A stretch of DNA of 64,000 nucleotides from Sedimentisphaerales bacterium (GTDB taxonomy: Bacteria; Planctomycetota; Phycisphaerae; Sedimentisphaerales; SM23-30), in assembly GCA_963662515.1 (NCBI GenBank), contig OY759675.1, positions 1,733,473 to 1,797,472 of the forward strand, written 5' to 3'. Position numbers and translations under genes: made by a program. Shown one piece after another: positions 51,766-61,221 of the stretch (positions are counted from its first letter, which is position 1; the number at the start of each line of letters is the position of its first letter). The notes under the pieces were generated by a model. That model was not told the origin of the DNA and did no database searches. It saw only the letters and a program-made list of their open reading frames with translations.

Positions 51766-53067
51766 TTATACCTGGGTATTGGGTGTATAGTTGGCAATAA
51801 TTGTTGTTATGCAGTCTTTAAGATAGAGCAGGCGAAGGCCGGCAGAGCCGCTGTTTAATGCAGTGCCATAGCCATTATTACTGTCGGCCAGTATAAGAGC
51901 GGTTTCTATGTCTTGATATTCGAGAGTGTTCCTGCGAGCTGCAGCGGCATTAATTCTGGCCAGCCAGCAGATAGCACTTATCGTCAGAGTCAGACAGTGC
52001 AAGCCATCTGCCATGCTATAGCCATAGTAGTTCAGTCCACAGTAGTTCATGCCAGTCAGCCGAGCCAGAATATATCTTTCTAATAAATTTGCGGCAGCAG
52101 ATGGCATAGGACCAAAATCCTGTTCTATATCTGACAGGTCAAGGTTTGACCAATTGCAATGTAGTTCAGGCAGGGGGCCAGACCTTTTGCCCATTATTCT
52201 TAATTCAGCCGAGTTTTTGAGTCTTGCTTTGAGCTTGTGCCAGAAACCAATTTTGTCACCCAGAGTAATAACTTCCGGTGAATGTCCCAGCAAATATAGT
52301 ATCTGACCGAATAATACTCTGGCCCGGTTTGATAGGGGCTTATCTGGTGCATTGTATTTTTCTGCCTCTCGTGCTGTTCCTTCCGTAAGAAGACTCATCA
52401 GTCCTGGAAAATCATCTGAGGTTACTTTCTGAAACTTTACTTTTTCCAGATGGCTGGCAAAAATAGTAAGCCAGTAAATTTTATTTTTGAATTGTGGGCC
52501 AACTTTGACAAAGGTTTCAATTATGGCATCATTAATCTTTTCAAAGCTGTCTGCATCTGTATGATTTCTTTTACTGATCGGAGGCAGGGCGGATGTGAAT
52601 TGTTCAGCTTTAATGCCATCAGGATAAAGCAATCTGGCCAGTCTGTTTAACTCCGGCAGGTTATCGCTGAGCTTAGCTCCTCTGCCACTACAGACGCCTG
52701 GACAATCAAACCGCAGGCCAACCATTAACTTGCCGTTAAATGGTGTCAGGACAAATGGGAACAGTTGACAGGCTATGGGTTTGGCTGAAAGAGAGTATTT
52801 GCGATGGATCATACATAGATTGTCGCTGTCGAGAAATACGCAGCAACGATCCGACCTTTTGGCAATAGCCCCTTGCTCAAATCCGGCTAAGGGCAAATCT
52901 ATAAAAAGGGTATCTGACCCTGTTTGAGCCTGCCAGTTGCATTGAGAGGATATCTTTTCTCGTTCTTTATGGCTTACCGGAACCATAAAGCTCCGACAGC
53001 CATGACCGCAGTTAAGGCAGGAATAACCCTGAATAAGGCTTAATCGATTGTCTATCTCAATATTCAT
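51766..53067 (-). CDS. YkgJ/FliB-superfamily (CxxCxxCC-type zinc/Fe-S) domain protein, function unknown
   Basis: The N-terminus has a cysteine cluster (YSCLNCGHGCRSF) and a second block (CVFLDSDNLCMIHRKYSLSAKPIACQLFPF), as in UPF0153/YkgJ and flagellin lysine-methylase-like proteins. The remaining 300 aa or so are unrecognised. Confidence 0.45.
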   Translation of the reverse strand: MNIEIDNRLSLIQGYSCLNCGHGCRSFMVPVSHKEREKISSQCNWQAQTGSDTLFIDLPLAGFEQGAIAKRSDRCCVFLDSDNLCMIHRKYSLSAKPIACQLFPFVLTPFNGKLMVGLRFDCPGVCSGRGAKLSDNLPELNRLARLLYPDGIKAEQFTSALPPISKRNHTDADSFEKINDAIIETFVKVGPQFKNKIYWLTIFASHLEKVKFQKVTSDDFPGLMSLLTEGTAREAEKYNAPDKPLSNRARVLFGQILYLLGHSPEVITLGDKIGFWHKLKARLKNSAELRIMGKRSGPLPELHCNWSNLDLSDIEQDFGPMPSAAANLLERYILARLTGMNYCGLNYYGYSMADGLHCLTLTISAICWLARINAAAARRNTLEYQDIETALILADSNNGYGTALNSGSAGLRLLYLKDCITTIIANYTPNTQV

Positions 53068-53137
53068 AGGGAATATGAACTACAATACGCCCGGCGTGAT
53101 GGGCAATTAAGCCTGTGGCTGATATGATTTAACTGCT

Positions 53138-53163
53138 AAAAGCCGGAATATAGCCGGCTTTTA
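53138..53163 (-). terminator. Terminator hairpin immediately after the 75-aa ORF
   Basis: AAGCCGG-AATATAG-CCGGCTT is flanked by A and T runs. Confidence 0.5.
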
Positions 53164-53388
53164 GTCCAGATGTGTTCTTTTACTGTTCTTGATGCCTACT
53201 ACGATGCCGCCAACAGATAGAATTATACCCATAAACCAGGCACCTGCGACCGAAGGAAGTTTTTCTTCAGGAATCGGAGATACTTCATTACTGCCTGGGG
53301 CTGCCTGACATGTATTAATGCATAAAGTTCCAGATATGGCCCATACAGCCAAGGCCATTATTGCTAACTTTGTAAATCTTCTATTCAT
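53161..53388 (-). CDS. Small exported/membrane-anchored protein (75 aa), unknown function
   Basis: It has a signal peptide (LAIMALAVWAISGTLCINTCQA) and a C-terminal TM helix (AWFMGIILSVGGIVVGI) followed by a basic end. Confidence 0.45.
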   Translation of the reverse strand: MNRRFTKLAIMALAVWAISGTLCINTCQAAPGSNEVSPIPEEKLPSVAGAWFMGIILSVGGIVVGIKNSKRTHLD

Positions 53389-53611
53389 AACCTATTATCT
53401 CGTAAGTAATTAAATTCAGTATTAATCATCTTGCTTTTATAAGACTGCTCTTAATGTTAAAATTATAACTCATTATGATTGGCTTGCAAAGACATTTTAT
53501 TTTGCAGAATAGTGCTTGTGTTGTCTGTTATTGTTTCTCAACCTAATTGTGCATATATCTGTAATTTAATATGGGGCAAATCTATAGTGTTACTAAACAA
53601 ATCGTTTATTT

Positions 53612-53649
53612 AAATAAAAAATGACCGGGGTTTCGTTCGGACCCCGGTC
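53612..53649 (-). terminator. Rho-independent terminator after the HDOD gene
   Basis: On the minus strand, GACCGGGGTCCGAACGAAACCCCGGTC is followed by ATTTTTTATTT. Confidence 0.75.
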
Positions 53650-53755
53650 GCCAATATCCCACAAAGAGGTTGACCCTTTTTGCTTCGATCGTTGAGCATT
53701 TTCAGATGTTTGCGTACAAATAATACTGAAAGTGCGTAATGTTTTATTGTCTTTA

Positions 53756-54691
53756 TTACTCTGCCAGGCTAAGCAGAATTTCAGAATTAGATGCCTCTAT
53801 CTCGACAATATCCATTATTTCGGCTATTTTATCGGGGGTAAGGTCGAATTCTTCTCTTACGCTGCTTTCGTAAATAGGTGCGTAGTTTCCGCTATCACCA
53901 ATATTCTGATTATGGCAGATATAATTGGCAAGATGGACAAGTTTAACCAGCGGCAGATGTTTTTCGTCTGGACAGCACAGTGGGTTGTGGTGATATTCTA
54001 TTACAGACTTAAGCTCATCACCCAAACGCCATTTATCTGCAAGCCAGGCGCCTGCCTCATTGTGATTCATGCCAATAAAACGACCTTCTTCCTTTTCCAG
54101 GGGCAGTTCCAGCTCTCTGCCGCTTTTAACTGCCTGATGGAATTGCTTATTGGCGTATTTTTCAAACATGATCTTACCCATATCGTGCACAATACCAGCC
54201 AGATGAGCTTTATCTCGAGTAATTCTCTGATTGATATGATTAGCGCAAAAATCATACAGTGTGGCGGTAATGATACCAACTGTGATCGAATGTTTCCAAA
54301 ATTCGCGACGGTCAAAAACTGGCAACTGGCTCTTACTGAATGCTTGAAATACGCTGGTACTCAGGGCAATATTAGTTATCGTAATAAAACCTAAACGAGC
54401 TATCGCCGGTGATAACTGGGTTATTTCTTCACCATGTGAAGGGCGATAAAATACTGAGTTAACCATCCTCAATACTTTGGTTGATATAGCCGGGTCGTCT
54501 TCGATTATTTGTGCTACATCCCGGGCGTCACTATAGGGGTCATCGACGACCTGTTGCAGCTTGAGGGCTACTTCCGGCAGGGTGGGCAGGTCTTCTGCAG
54601 ACTCAAATATCTTGATGAGCTTACTTGGCTCCATGGGTGTTGCGACGGAAGAATCTAAATTCTGTTCTGTCAGTTGATCATAATCGCTCAT
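53756..54691 (-). CDS. HDOD domain signalling protein
   Basis: HDOD blocks are LPTLPEVALKLQQVVDDPYSDARDVAQIIEDDPAISTKVLRMVNSVFY, HDMGKIMF and HNEAGAWLADKW. ORF 53732..54394(+) is its shadow. Confidence 0.85.
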   Translation of the reverse strand: MSDYDQLTEQNLDSSVATPMEPSKLIKIFESAEDLPTLPEVALKLQQVVDDPYSDARDVAQIIEDDPAISTKVLRMVNSVFYRPSHGEEITQLSPAIARLGFITITNIALSTSVFQAFSKSQLPVFDRREFWKHSITVGIITATLYDFCANHINQRITRDKAHLAGIVHDMGKIMFEKYANKQFHQAVKSGRELELPLEKEEGRFIGMNHNEAGAWLADKWRLGDELKSVIEYHHNPLCCPDEKHLPLVKLVHLANYICHNQNIGDSGNYAPIYESSVREEFDLTPDKIAEIMDIVEIEASNSEILLSLAE

Positions 54692-54992
54692 TTTTCTGTC
54701 CTCAAATCTTTCGAGTTAGTAATGTTATAAAACATCCTGTCACGATAATTCTCGACCATTAATGCTCACGAAATTAGTAAACATGAAAGAAACTTAAAGA
54801 AAATTCAGCTTAAATTGTTTTATCGACACTTTCTCTGCGGTTATAGGACTTTATGCCGTAAAGCCAAACAGAAATGGTGGGCCCATTGACGGTTTTGGAC
54901 TATGGAGCCAGATTGCAGGTGGTTATTATTATCTTACTAATTATATGATGTGGCGACGAAAGGTAGGTGTTGAGGGAGGGTGAAACAAGAGG

Positions 54993-55862
54993 CTATATTG
55001 CAGCTTGAGGCAGGGTAAACTTGAAGGTTGTGCCCACTCCCGGCTGACTTTCTACAGTAATGCTGCCATGGTGATTTTCAATTATTTGTTTGCAGATCAT
55101 TAGTCCCAGGCCGGTACCTTGTTTTTCGAGACTGGTATTGTTCTTTTTTGTGGTAAAAAAGGCATCAAATATCTTGCTTTGATTTTCCTGGGCAATACCA
55201 CAGCCTGTGTCGCTTACTGCAACCTCTATCATGCCAGATTCCAGTTCTGTAGCTATGACAGAGAGAGAGCCTTGTTTTTTTTCCAGCATAGCCTGACGGG
55301 CGTTTATAATCAGGTTGAGCACAACTTGTTGTAATTGACCGGCAATAGCATAGACATATAATGTTTCCGGAACAGAAATTCGAACTTTTATTCCATCTTT
55401 GGAAAAATCGCGTGCAAGGCAGCGGAAAGAATCGTTAACTACAGCCAAAAGATGTACTTTGCCAAATTCCTGACTCTGGGCGCGGGTCATTCCTAATATA
55501 CTTTCTATAATACTCCCGGCTTGCAAGCCCTGTTTTATGGTTTTTTCCAGAGTCTTTTTGACTAGTTTTTCATCATCGGAATGTTTTAGGGCCAATTCGC
55601 TATAGTTAACTATTGGCATGAGCAGATTGTTGAATTCATGAGCAACCAGACAGCTCATTGTTCCCATGGTTGCCAATTTCTGGGCAAAAATAAGCTGGTC
55701 TTCCAGTTGTTTTATCTTCTGTTGACTTTCTTCCAGCATGCGATAAAGGTTTTTTCGCTGGCCAAGTAATTCATTTTTTTCTTCTGTCTGTTTCAATTTC
55801 TCTATTGCAGCTCTGCCAAATGCCGTTAAAATGATATTATCACCTGCAATGAATGGGTTCAC
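54993..55862 (-). CDS. Cytoplasmic sensor histidine kinase (coiled coil - HisKA - HATPase_c), no cognate response regulator in the window
   Basis: It has an H-box (CLVAHEFNNLLMPIVNYSELAL), an N-box (LNLIINARQAM), G1 (DTGCGI) and G2 (GTGLGLMIC). No TM segment is present. Confidence 0.88.
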   Translation of the reverse strand: MNPFIAGDNIILTAFGRAAIEKLKQTEEKNELLGQRKNLYRMLEESQQKIKQLEDQLIFAQKLATMGTMSCLVAHEFNNLLMPIVNYSELALKHSDDEKLVKKTLEKTIKQGLQAGSIIESILGMTRAQSQEFGKVHLLAVVNDSFRCLARDFSKDGIKVRISVPETLYVYAIAGQLQQVVLNLIINARQAMLEKKQGSLSVIATELESGMIEVAVSDTGCGIAQENQSKIFDAFFTTKKNNTSLEKQGTGLGLMICKQIIENHHGSITVESQPGVGTTFKFTLPQAAI

Positions 55863-56146
55863 GCGGGTGTTCTTTATAATCGGATATAAATGGGTTTTTT
55901 CTTGAGACTATCCAGAATTATAGCAGGATAATGGTAAATAATTTATTAATGCTTTTCTGGTAAGGAGTTATAGCTGCTTGCGATAATGATTGTTTTTTTG
56001 ATCCAACAATCGGTCTAATGGGGCGGGCAGCAATTTACCAGCCAGTTCAACAATGGCAGTAATTTAAGTAAAAATGTATCAGTGGGTATAGAACTCTTAT
56101 CTCTGAAAATATTTTAATCAAGTCTTATCCAGGGGGAAGGCCTGTT

Positions 56147-56398
56147 ATGACTCAGGAACAGTTATTAGAAAATATGTTCGCGACCGCTCAGGAGTTGGGC
56201 ATAGAGCTGCGTCTGACTCGTATGGATGGCACATCACCCGGGGGGGTGTGTAAATTGCATGATCGGTGGATATTGATCGTAGATGTGAATGCCCCGCTGG
56301 CAGATCGCCTTGACCTGCTGGCTTCTTGTTTGAGACAAAGGCCAGAGATCGAGACGATTTACCTGCGTCCGCAAGTGCGCGACCTGATCGAGCAATAG
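56147..56398 (+). CDS. Hypothetical protein (83 aa), GC-richer than its surroundings
   Basis: The ORF has a plausible RBS (GGGGGAAGG) 6 nt upstream. I recognise no motif. Confidence 0.4.
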   Translation: MTQEQLLENMFATAQELGIELRLTRMDGTSPGGVCKLHDRWILIVDVNAPLADRLDLLASCLRQRPEIETIYLRPQVRDLIEQ

Positions 56399-56426
56399 CT
56401 ATCTGGGTTGTTTATCCAGATTCGGC

Positions 56427-57991
56427 GGTTCTGTACAATTTGCTGTGTAAATGGTTGTTGATATGTTACTGTATTATTATAAAGGACTTATTATGACTAA
56501 AAAGACACGGCAGGATGAGTTATTGGATGAATTATTGGCGGAATATAGCGGCCCGGAGTCGTTCTGGGGGGAGACCGGGCTGTTTGCCACGCTTAAAAAG
56601 CGGATTGTGGAGCGGACTCTGGAGGCGGAGATGGATCACCATCTGGGTTATACCAAGCACGACCCCAAGGGTAATAATTCCGGCAACAGTCGCAATGGCC
56701 GGGGCAAAAAGACCGTCATGCTCGGCGATGATCAGGTAGAGCTTGACCCGCCCCGGGATCGCAATGGTTCTTTCGAGCCGCAGATCATTCCCAAAGGCCA
56801 GAAGTATTTCAAAGGTTTCGATGACCGGATCATCGCCATGTACGGCCGGGGCATGAGCGTGCGGGATATCCAGGGCCACCTCTTAGAGATGTATCAGGTG
56901 GATGTTTCCGAGGGTCTCATCAGTCAGGCAACTAACAGCGTCATGGAAGAAGTAAGGCTCTGGCAGAGTCGGCCGCTGGAGAAGGTTTATCCGATCGTTT
57001 TCCTCGATTGTCTGATGATCAAAGGCCGGCCTAATGGCCCGGTAGAGAACCGCTGTGTTTATCTGGCACTGGGGATAAACATCGAAGGTAAGAAGGAATT
57101 ACTGGGTATCTGGATAGCAAAGAATGAAGGAGCCAAGTTCTGGCTGGGTGTGCTCAATGAGCTGCGTAACCGCGGCGTGGAAGATATATTCATCGCCTGC
57201 ATTGATGGCTTAAAAGGCTTCCCTGAGGCTATTGAAGCGGTTTATCCGCAAACTACCGTACAGCTTTGCATTGTGCACATGATCCGTAATTCGCTGCGGT
57301 TTGTGAGTTACAAAAATCGCAAGGACATCTGCGCTGATCTCAAACAGATCTATAATGCCGCCAGTGAAGCACTGGCTCTGGAGGCTCTTGATCGCTTCGC
57401 AGCCAAGTGGGACAAAACCTATCCGACGATCAGCAAGAGCTGGCGGGATAACTGGGTTAACATTGTACCTTTTCTGGATTATCCACCGGAGATCAGAAAG
57501 ATCATCTATACCACCAATGCTATTGAAAGCCTCAATCGCTCGATCCGTAAAGTGACCAAAACCAAGGGCGTTTTCCCGACCGATGATTCGATCGTGAAGA
57601 TATTGTTTTTAGCTCTGCGGAACATTGCCAAAAAATGGACCAGCGTGCAGCCCGGCTGGAAGGCGGCAATGAACCAGTTCGCCATCCGCTACGGCGACCG
57701 GCTCAAGCTCAACTAGCCAACTAACCCTTTCTAATAGCACATTAAAGGCAGGCCAACCGTGGTCGTTCTGCTCACCGGGCCACCGGGAAAGCCAGAACTA
57801 AAGGGAGATTCCCCCGGAATTATTGCGAAGGAATAACACCAAATTGAACATTTACCACTTGCCCAACAATCAGCCTTGTGCTATAGTCAACCCAGCAACT
57901 GAAATATCAGCAAAAAAACAGAAAACTGAATATTATTGCTGCCAAAAAAATATATGTGTAAAACCATTTACACAGCAAATTGTACAGACTC
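56427..57991 (+). mobile_element. Intact IS256-family insertion sequence (1565 bp)
   Basis: The terminal inverted repeats are GGTTCTGTACAATTTGCTGTGTAAATGGTT (56427-56456) and AACCATTTACACAGCAAATTGTACAGACTC (57962-57991), matching 28/30. They are flanked by a direct 8-bp duplication GATTCGGC (56419-56426 and 57992-57999). The element encodes a single mutator-type transposase. Confidence 0.9.
56493..57716 (+). CDS. IS256-family (mutator-type) transposase
   Basis: The layout is typical: LLDELLAEY..PESFWGETGLF..LKKRIVERTLEAEMDHHLGY...NSRNGRGKKTV...RDRNGSFEPQIIPK...YPIVFLDCLMIKGR...ACIDGLKGFPEAIEAVYP.T.VQLCIVHMIRNS...YTTNAIESLN. I prefer the ATG at 56493 over 56451, which lies inside the left terminal repeat. 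Confidence 0.92.
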   Translation: MTKKTRQDELLDELLAEYSGPESFWGETGLFATLKKRIVERTLEAEMDHHLGYTKHDPKGNNSGNSRNGRGKKTVMLGDDQVELDPPRDRNGSFEPQIIPKGQKYFKGFDDRIIAMYGRGMSVRDIQGHLLEMYQVDVSEGLISQATNSVMEEVRLWQSRPLEKVYPIVFLDCLMIKGRPNGPVENRCVYLALGINIEGKKELLGIWIAKNEGAKFWLGVLNELRNRGVEDIFIACIDGLKGFPEAIEAVYPQTTVQLCIVHMIRNSLRFVSYKNRKDICADLKQIYNAASEALALEALDRFAAKWDKTYPTISKSWRDNWVNIVPFLDYPPEIRKIIYTTNAIESLNRSIRKVTKTKGVFPTDDSIVKILFLALRNIAKKWTSVQPGWKAAMNQFAIRYGDRLKLN

Positions 57992-58025
57992 GATTCGGCT
58001 GCCAGATGCCATTTAATTTATGTGG

Positions 58026-59762
58026 TTACAGGCCGATTTCTTCTTTAACTAATTGTATTAGCGGTTCAAATGTTGTCAGATCCATCCCGAATTTAAGACC
58101 GGCAGCTTTGAACAGTTCTGCCAGTGTCCTACTACCACCTAATGAAAGTGCGTTTTTATAGTTATTCATGGCGGTTTTGGGGTTATTTCTGGCCTGTAGC
58201 CAAATACCTAATGAACCAAGCTGGGCTATGCCATATTCCATATAATAAAGAGGGTAAAGGAATATGTGTAACTGACGATGCCATTGATATTTCTGTTCAT
58301 TTTCTAGGCCATCATAATCCATTATATCTCCGGCATCAAAACGGCTGCGTACCTCTTGCCAGAGTGTATGGCGGCCCTCAATGTCCAGTTGTGGGTTTTC
58401 ATACAGCTCATGCTGAAAGCAGTCAACCGTGGCTATCCAGCCCAGCAGGTCAATTATTCTTTCGAGATGTTCATTTTTGGCCCGTTTAACATCTTCTTCG
58501 CTATAAAATTCACTAAGAAAAGGATAGGCCAGTAATTCCATTGACATGGAGGCGACTTCGCAGAATTCCATTGGAGCGTGGCGGTAGCTTATGGGGTCAA
58601 GATGCCGGCAGGCGAAAGTGTGAAAAGCATGGCCGCCTTCGTGGAGCAGGGTAACAAGGTCATTGTGTGTGCCGACTGCGTTCATGAAAATAAAAGGTTT
58701 GCGGGCTTCGCTTATGGTTGCCTGGTAGCCGCCAGGAGCCTTACCCTTGCGACTGGCAAGGTCGAGCAGACCATCGTTTTTCATTTGAGTGAACTGCTGA
58801 CCAAGTTCGTTGTCAAGTTGATTAAATATGCGTTCGCAGCCGTTAATGAGTTCATCAACATGCTCAAATGGTTTAAGTGGGGTTCGCCCCAGTGGATCGC
58901 ATGTTGTGTCCCAGGGGCGAAGTTTTTGCAGTCCCATTTGGTCGGCTCTTCTTTGATAGATCTTCTTATTGAGAGGCACAACCAATTCTTCAACTGCTTT
59001 ATGAAAAGCTCTGCAATCAGCTGGCTTGTAGTCGGTTCGGTACCATTGCTTAAAACGAAGGTCGCGGAAGTTGTTATACCCGCAATTTTGGGCGAATTTC
59101 TGGCGAAGCTGGAACAGTTTATCGAAATTATTGTCGAGAGGATCGGCATCTTTCAACCTGCGTTTCGAAATTGCACGCCAGGCTTTTTCGCGTATTAATC
59201 TATCATTTTCCAACAGGTATTTTCCCATTTGCGGCAGAGTTTTTTCCTGTCCATCAAATTCAACTGTCTGGGCTCCGGTTATTTTCTGAAATTCCTGGCA
59301 CAGAAGCGATTCTTGGGTACTCAGGTCTATATTTTCGGTGCGGAATAATTCTATGTCTGTGGCCAGATGTTCATCATGTAATTTGTAATGACCATAGGTG
59401 TCTGGAAAAAGTTTGCGGGCTGCCAGATATTTGCGATCTAACTCATCTTCAAGTGGTTTTAAAACAGGTTCAACATTTTCGACAAAGTCCTGATAGGCTT
59501 TACAGCGATTGGTGTCATCAGTTTTACAGGTCATCAAAATATGGAGGAGGGAGCTTACCTGGCCAATAGCGGCAGAGAGTTCAGAACGATTTAACAGGAA
59601 CCGTTCCAGATCCTGGGCGGTTTTGATCTCTTTGTCGAGTAAACGCCGGTACAGTTCTTTTATTGTGATCGGATTAGTCAGGTCACAGCAGCCTGGAACG
59701 AATTGGCGGGGGGAGAATGGCGTTAAATTATCAATATTTGGCCCATATATTTCAGAACTCAT
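58026..59762 (-). CDS. pepF: Oligoendopeptidase F family (M3B) metallopeptidase
   Basis: It has the HEXXH zinc site TLLHEGGHAFH, and its size and C-terminal blocks are typical of M3B peptidases. Confidence 0.85.
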   Translation of the reverse strand: MSSEIYGPNIDNLTPFSPRQFVPGCCDLTNPITIKELYRRLLDKEIKTAQDLERFLLNRSELSAAIGQVSSLLHILMTCKTDDTNRCKAYQDFVENVEPVLKPLEDELDRKYLAARKLFPDTYGHYKLHDEHLATDIELFRTENIDLSTQESLLCQEFQKITGAQTVEFDGQEKTLPQMGKYLLENDRLIREKAWRAISKRRLKDADPLDNNFDKLFQLRQKFAQNCGYNNFRDLRFKQWYRTDYKPADCRAFHKAVEELVVPLNKKIYQRRADQMGLQKLRPWDTTCDPLGRTPLKPFEHVDELINGCERIFNQLDNELGQQFTQMKNDGLLDLASRKGKAPGGYQATISEARKPFIFMNAVGTHNDLVTLLHEGGHAFHTFACRHLDPISYRHAPMEFCEVASMSMELLAYPFLSEFYSEEDVKRAKNEHLERIIDLLGWIATVDCFQHELYENPQLDIEGRHTLWQEVRSRFDAGDIMDYDGLENEQKYQWHRQLHIFLYPLYYMEYGIAQLGSLGIWLQARNNPKTAMNNYKNALSLGGSRTLAELFKAAGLKFGMDLTTFEPLIQLVKEEIGL

Positions 59763-60116
59763 TTAGACGGATTCCTTTTTCAAATTCTTTATTATTCAAA
59801 GTTTAAGATGTTAGGGGTGGAAATTAGCATTAATAGTACTTTTTGTCAACCAGTTTTATAATAGGTAAGGGCTATTTTCCGGTTGTTGTTGTCTGTCCTG
59901 AATATATCTGAGTGTAAGCCATATTGTGCTTGATGAAAGTATTGCTCTCTGATAGAATTGCATGATGTTTGATATCAGGTAGTTATAATCGTGCAGGTAA
60001 TTATTGCTCCGGGCTTGGCTATGCTGATAGATTAACTATAGTATTTATATAACTAATTATTTTACAGTACTTTATTGATAGTTTCGGGCTTTTTGGCCGG
60101 GCTGAAAGACGGATAT

Positions 60117-61103
60117 ATGACAGTACAGAACATAGTAGAAGTCAGGGAGCTCAGGACTCATTTTCCTGTCCGGAAAAGTATGCTGGGTAAACCACTGGCC
60201 TGGCTCAAGGCTGTTGACGGTGTGAGCTTCAATATTGGCAAAGGTCAGACCCTTGGTCTGGTAGGTGAAAGCGGCTGTGGTAAAACTACAGTTGGCCGCA
60301 GTTTGCTCAGGCTGATACCAGCGACATCCGGCAGTGTTAAGTTTGAGAATAAAGAGGTTTTTTCGCTTACTGGCGAATACATGCGTCAGCTCAGGCGAGA
60401 TATGCAGATAATTTTTCAGGATCCGTTTGGCTCGCTTAATCCTCGTATGACCGTTGGCACGATAATCGGTGAGGCTATGAGTGTTCATGGTCTGGCTAAG
60501 GGTAGGGAAAGGCAAGAGCGGGTTAATGAATTACTGGAAAAAGTGGGCTTGCAAAAATCATATGCTAATCGTTATCCGCATGAATTTTCTGGCGGTCAAC
60601 GGCAGCGTATAGGTATAGCCAGATCTTTGGCATTGAATCCAAAGTTCATTGTTTGTGATGAGCCTGTGAGTGCTCTTGATGTGTCGATCCAGTCGCAGAT
60701 AATCAATTTACTGCAGGATCTGCAAGAGGAATACGGCCTTACCTATTTGTTTATAGCACATGATCTGGCTGTTGTGGAGCATATAAGCGATTATGTGGCA
60801 GTGATGTATCTGGGGCGTATTGTTGAATATGCCCCGGCTGATAAACTTTATGCCAATCCGAGGCATCCATATACCAGGGCTTTGCTCTCAGCTATTCCTT
60901 TGCCAGATCCAGACAGGAAGTATGAGCGGATCAAACTGCAGGGTGAGGTGCCCAGTCCGGTGAACCCGCCTTCAGGGTGCCGGTTCCATCCGCGGTGCAG
61001 CTATTGTATAGATAAGTGTAAAAATGAATGCCCGCCATTGGAAACTGTTGATGGTAGTTCTGAGCATACTGTTGCCTGCTGGGTAACAAAGGGTGAAAAA
61101 TAA
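60117..61103 (+). CDS. Oligopeptide/dipeptide ABC transporter ATP-binding protein (OppF/DppF type)
   Basis: It has Walker A (GESGCGKTT), the signature [15 protein letters not shown], Walker B ([12 protein letters not shown]) and the OppF-type C-terminal domain ([22 protein letters not shown]). I prefer the ATG at 60117 over 60075. Confidence 0.88.
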   Translation: MTVQNIVEVRELRTHFPVRKSMLGKPLAWLKAVDGVSFNIGKGQTLGLVGESGCGKTTVGRSLLRLIPATSGSVKFENKEVFSLTGEYMRQLRRDMQIIFQDPFGSLNPRMTVGTIIGEAMSVHGLAKGRERQERVNELLEKVGLQKSYANRYPHEFSGGQRQRIGIARSLALNPKFIVCDEPVSALDVSIQSQIINLLQDLQEEYGLTYLFIAHDLAVVEHISDYVAVMYLGRIVEYAPADKLYANPRHPYTRALLSAIPLPDPDRKYERIKLQGEVPSPVNPPSGCRFHPRCSYCIDKCKNECPPLETVDGSSEHTVACWVTKGEK

Positions 61104-61221
61104 TCAAGGTTGTATTAAGCTGGCTACATATTATAATAATATTGAGATATTCTCATGCTGGCCCGTAAGTCAGAATGAGATAATAATAAAGACAAAAAGA
61201 CAAGCGGAAATGAATTGCTAA

